A model generated the notes under the pieces. It had not been told where the DNA came from and searched no databases. It worked only from the letters and a program-made list of their open reading frames with translations. Below are positions 60,894 to 64,000 of a stretch of 64,000 bases of DNA, piece by piece (the first letter of the stretch is position 1; each line of letters opens with the position of its first letter). Where the stretch lies: assembly GCA_963803145.1 (NCBI GenBank), contig CAWDLW010000043.1, forward strand, positions 1 through 64,000. Direction: 5' to 3'. A program made the position numbers and the translations under genes. The DNA comes from Methanotrichaceae archaeon. Lineage in GTDB: Archaea; Halobacteriota; Methanosarcinia; Methanotrichales; Methanotrichaceae.

Positions 60894-63398
60894 ATGACCG
60901 CCGACAATCTTTCCCAAAGGGTCTCCGAGCTTTCTGAGCGTTTAGAGGAACTCAAGATAAAGTGCTTGAGCGATCCAGCAAATGCGCCCGAAGTCCTAGC
61001 CGATGCCTTGGAGAGTCTTCAGGCCAGTCTGAAGGAGCTTTCTGCTACAGATAAGGAACTTATGCATTTTCGATCTGAGCTACAGGCAAGCGAGTCTATT
61101 CTTCGTGCCTTCTTCGATAGCCCTGGAATGCTTAGAGGGGTTGTCGAGCTTGAGGAAGACGATCTTCGATATATATTAGTCAATCAGGCGGTAGCTGATG
61201 TACTTGGCTTGATGCCGGATGTGGTCGCAGGCAAGCTTATCAGTGAGCTTGGCGTTCCGCCGGAGATAGTACGGGACTACGTGAACGGCTGCAAAGAAAG
61301 TTGCCGGCTTGGTCTGCCCGTATCCCTTGAAACGCACCGCCAGTTTCCTAATGGTTACCGATGGTTTCATGTGACTATCAGTTACCAAGGGGCGGGGCCA
61401 ACAGGGCGCCCCCGATTTGCATACGTAATACTCGATATCACCGAGCGCAAGCTGGCAGAGGAGGCTTTAAGGGAGAGTGAGAAGAAGTACCGTACCTTCA
61501 TCGAAACAGCCAATGAGGGCATATGGATTATAGATGCGGAGGCTCGAACGACCTACGTTAATGAGAAGATAGCCAAGATGTTGGGGTTTGAGCCCGAAGA
61601 AATAATTGGTAAATGCTCCTTTGACTTTATGGATGAAGAAAACAGGGCAGCTTCGGAGCTAAGACTTAAAGAGCGCAAGCGTGGTATTAAAAGCAATCCG
61701 GAAGTAAAATATATTCGGAAAGATGGCACGCCTCTCTGGACGATCTCAAGTATTACGCCACTAGTTGATGAGGCGGGCAATTTTGCTGGCGCTCTGGGCA
61801 TGGTTACAGATATCACCGAGCGCAAGAAAGTTGAAGAAGAATTGAAGGAAAAAGAAAGAATTTACAGCTCTATTTTTGATAACACTCTGGATGGATTCCA
61901 ACTCGTTGAATTAATATATGACGAAAGAAAAAAAGTAGTTGATTTTAAGTTTTTAAGAGTCAATTCCACCTATGAAAGCCAAACTGGTCAGAGAGAAGAC
62001 TTTGTTGTTGGCAAAACAGCGAAACAATTTAACCCGCATATTGAAAAATACTGGCTGGATTATTATGGTGAAGTCGACCAAACGGGCAAAGCATTACATT
62101 TGCAAAGCTATAGCCAGGGCACAAAGCGTTGGTATGACGTTTACACCTACTCATTCTCCAAAGGTAAAGTAGGTTCTCTTTTCAGAGATATAACAGATCA
62201 AAAGAAGATAGAGAAAGAGCTTAGGGATGCCAAGGAGGCAGCAGAGTCCGCAGTCGAGGCCAAAGCTGCGTTCCTTGCAAATATGAGCCATGAGCTTAGG
62301 ACACCTCTAAATGCTGTTATAGGCTTCTCAAACCTCCTCCTGGATGATAATCTCACACAGGATCAGAGGGAGTACATCGAAAGAATCAGGAACGGTGGCG
62401 AAATTCTTCTCGCCCTTATTAGCGATATCCTTGAGTTTTCAAGGGCAGAAAAAGAGAAGATAACGCTGGAGCATCAGCCACTCAGCCTCAAGCACAGCAT
62501 TGAGGAATCTATGGGTATGGTGGCAGCGCAGGCCATCAATAAAGGCTTGAACCTCGCTTATACCGTCAGCTATGGAACCCCAGACACTATCATCGGTGAT
62601 CCTGGCAGGCTTAGACAGATATTGGCCAATTTGCTTTCCAACGCTGTTAAGTTTACCGATGATGGAGATATATCAGTATCATTTTCCTCCAAAGTCATCG
62701 AAGGCAACAGGCGCCAGATAACATTTTCAGTTAAGGACACTGGCATAGGTATGCCCCAGGATAAGATGGACAGGCTCTTCCAGCCCTTTGGGCAACTTGA
62801 GTACACAATTAGCCGTAAGCGTGATGGCGCAGGACTCGGACTCGCTATAAGCAAGAAGCTCGTTGAACTCATGGGCGGAGAGATTTGGGCTGAAAGTGAG
62901 GAGGGCAAAGGCTCTACTTTCAGATTCACTATTCAGGCTGAGGCCATACCAGGCAAGCAACTAGATTTAGGTGAGAAGGATAAAGCTGCTGTCTACGAGA
63001 ACCTCGCGGCTCAAAAACCCCTGAGCATTCTTGTTGCCGAAGACAGTCCTTCAAACCAGAGAGTTCTTGTTGAAATGCTGAAACGTCTGGGCTATCGGGC
63101 TGATGCTGTTGCAGATGGTGTCGAGGTTCTACAAGCCCTCCAAAACCGGCCATACGACTTGATCTTCATGGATATTAAAATGCCAGAAATGGATGGACTC
63201 ACTGCCACAAGGGAGATACGAAAGCTCTGGCCTGAAAACGGCCCTAAGGTAGTGGCCATAACAGCCTTCGCAATGGATGGCGATCAAGAGAAGTGTCTTG
63301 AAGCAGGCATGGATGGCTATATTGCAAAGCCTGTGAAAGTGGATGACCTTGCCACGCTAATACGCAATATTACCCCCCCCCCCAAGAATAAAATTTAG
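60894..63398 (+). CDS. Cytoplasmic hybrid sensor histidine kinase (3 PAS, HisKA, HATPase, receiver)
   Basis: Three PAS/PAC ends (DITERK, DITERK, DITDQK); FLANMSHELRTPLN; NAVKFT; DTGIG; GLGL; receiver MDIKMPEMDG. Confidence 0.95.
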   Translation: MTADNLSQRVSELSERLEELKIKCLSDPANAPEVLADALESLQASLKELSATDKELMHFRSELQASESILRAFFDSPGMLRGVVELEEDDLRYILVNQAVADVLGLMPDVVAGKLISELGVPPEIVRDYVNGCKESCRLGLPVSLETHRQFPNGYRWFHVTISYQGAGPTGRPRFAYVILDITERKLAEEALRESEKKYRTFIETANEGIWIIDAEARTTYVNEKIAKMLGFEPEEIIGKCSFDFMDEENRAASELRLKERKRGIKSNPEVKYIRKDGTPLWTISSITPLVDEAGNFAGALGMVTDITERKKVEEELKEKERIYSSIFDNTLDGFQLVELIYDERKKVVDFKFLRVNSTYESQTGQREDFVVGKTAKQFNPHIEKYWLDYYGEVDQTGKALHLQSYSQGTKRWYDVYTYSFSKGKVGSLFRDITDQKKIEKELRDAKEAAESAVEAKAAFLANMSHELRTPLNAVIGFSNLLLDDNLTQDQREYIERIRNGGEILLALISDILEFSRAEKEKITLEHQPLSLKHSIEESMGMVAAQAINKGLNLAYTVSYGTPDTIIGDPGRLRQILANLLSNAVKFTDDGDISVSFSSKVIEGNRRQITFSVKDTGIGMPQDKMDRLFQPFGQLEYTISRKRDGAGLGLAISKKLVELMGGEIWAESEEGKGSTFRFTIQAEAIPGKQLDLGEKDKAAVYENLAAQKPLSILVAEDSPSNQRVLVEMLKRLGYRADAVADGVEVLQALQNRPYDLIFMDIKMPEMDGLTATREIRKLWPENGPKVVAITAFAMDGDQEKCLEAGMDGYIAKPVKVDDLATLIRNITPPPKNKI

Positions 63399-63726
63399 AA
63401 GATAAAAATGGTTGCAATCAGAGATATGTAAGCTCATCTTTGGTATGAGATCATTTCCGATCCACTTATTACATTCAATTCTCTCAGGCATGGTAGGTAT
63501 AAAGAAAAAAGTGATCACCGATCCTGAGCTGTATTTCGCAATTCACAATCCTAATAATTTATAAATCAGATACTTCTATGTGATGTATAATTAGAAAAAA
63601 AATAATCATATCCCTTAGTGGGCAGCGATCAAAATTCCGTACAATGCCTTTAAATCGCGGGGCATGACAAGGCGACGGCCCTGAATAAGTAAGTTGGGGT
63701 CGCCCAAAGAAAGGAGAAGATGAACC

Positions 63727-64000
63727 ATGTCGAACCATTATTCCGGTCCCAACTTCGGGTTTCCCCGTGGAGACGCCCGCCTCGACTTCACTGATCTGTT
63801 TGCTTTCCCCAAGCCGGGAGATCCCAGCAAGTCGATCCTCATTATGAACGTGCATCCGTCCGTCGGCGTGAACCCGCCAGGACCTACTACCGCCGAGCCC
63901 TTCGCGCCTGAGGCGCTCTATGAGATCAAGATCGACACGGACGGCGATGCTGTCGCCGATATCGCATATCAGGTGCGCTTCACGTCTTCCGGGAGCGGGG
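63727..64000 (+). CDS. DUF4331-family protein, 5' part (runs off the window)
   Basis: AGGAG RBS; MSNHYSGPNFGFPRGDARLDFTDLFAFPKPGDPSKSILIMNV...YEIKIDTDGDAVADIAYQVRF. Confidence 0.75.
   Translation, partial: MSNHYSGPNFGFPRGDARLDFTDLFAFPKPGDPSKSILIMNVHPSVGVNPPGPTTAEPFAPEALYEIKIDTDGDAVADIAYQVRFTSSGSG

Noticed and set aside
63373-63383. C11 homopolymer as a phase-variation switch in the histidine kinase
   Set aside because: It lies after the receiver domain, a few codons from the stop, so slippage would barely alter the protein.
63559-63855. 98-aa minus-strand ORF
   Set aside because: Shadow of the DUF4331 gene on the plus strand.

Overview
Archaeal methanogen chromosome segment, most consistent with Methanothrix/Methanosarcinales (inferred from comD/comE, methanogenesis marker 16, Methanosarcina-type beta-propeller surface protein, Cache-domain proteins and acylphosphatase-coiled-coil genes). 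Housekeeping blocks are comDE plus marker 16 plus a sulfonate-type ABC importer, aSelBL, trpDFEGC, DUF460-rio2-isocitrate/isopropylmalate dehydrogenase, UDG, DHH, pgk, pdxST and tRNA-Leu(TAA). They are interleaved with three accessory or decaying regions. (i) 1-14.6 kb holds an IS256 pseudogene, gene remnants, a palindromic MITE-like element, an unannotated RHH regulator with operators, a RelE-type TA pair and a structured dispersed repeat showing covariation. (ii) 26.7-34.5 kb holds two translationally coupled paralogous multi-TM proteins, each with two GATase1/GldG-like domains. They are transcribed divergently from a secreted protein carrying a 49-Cys (S/T)C-xx repeat array, and this is the best candidate for an undescribed system. 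(iii) 58.5-64 kb, downstream of tRNA-Leu, holds wHTH paralogs, decayed PolB2-accessory-like genes, a hybrid histidine kinase and a DUF4331 gene. All family assignments are from motif recognition by eye; no database searches were run.
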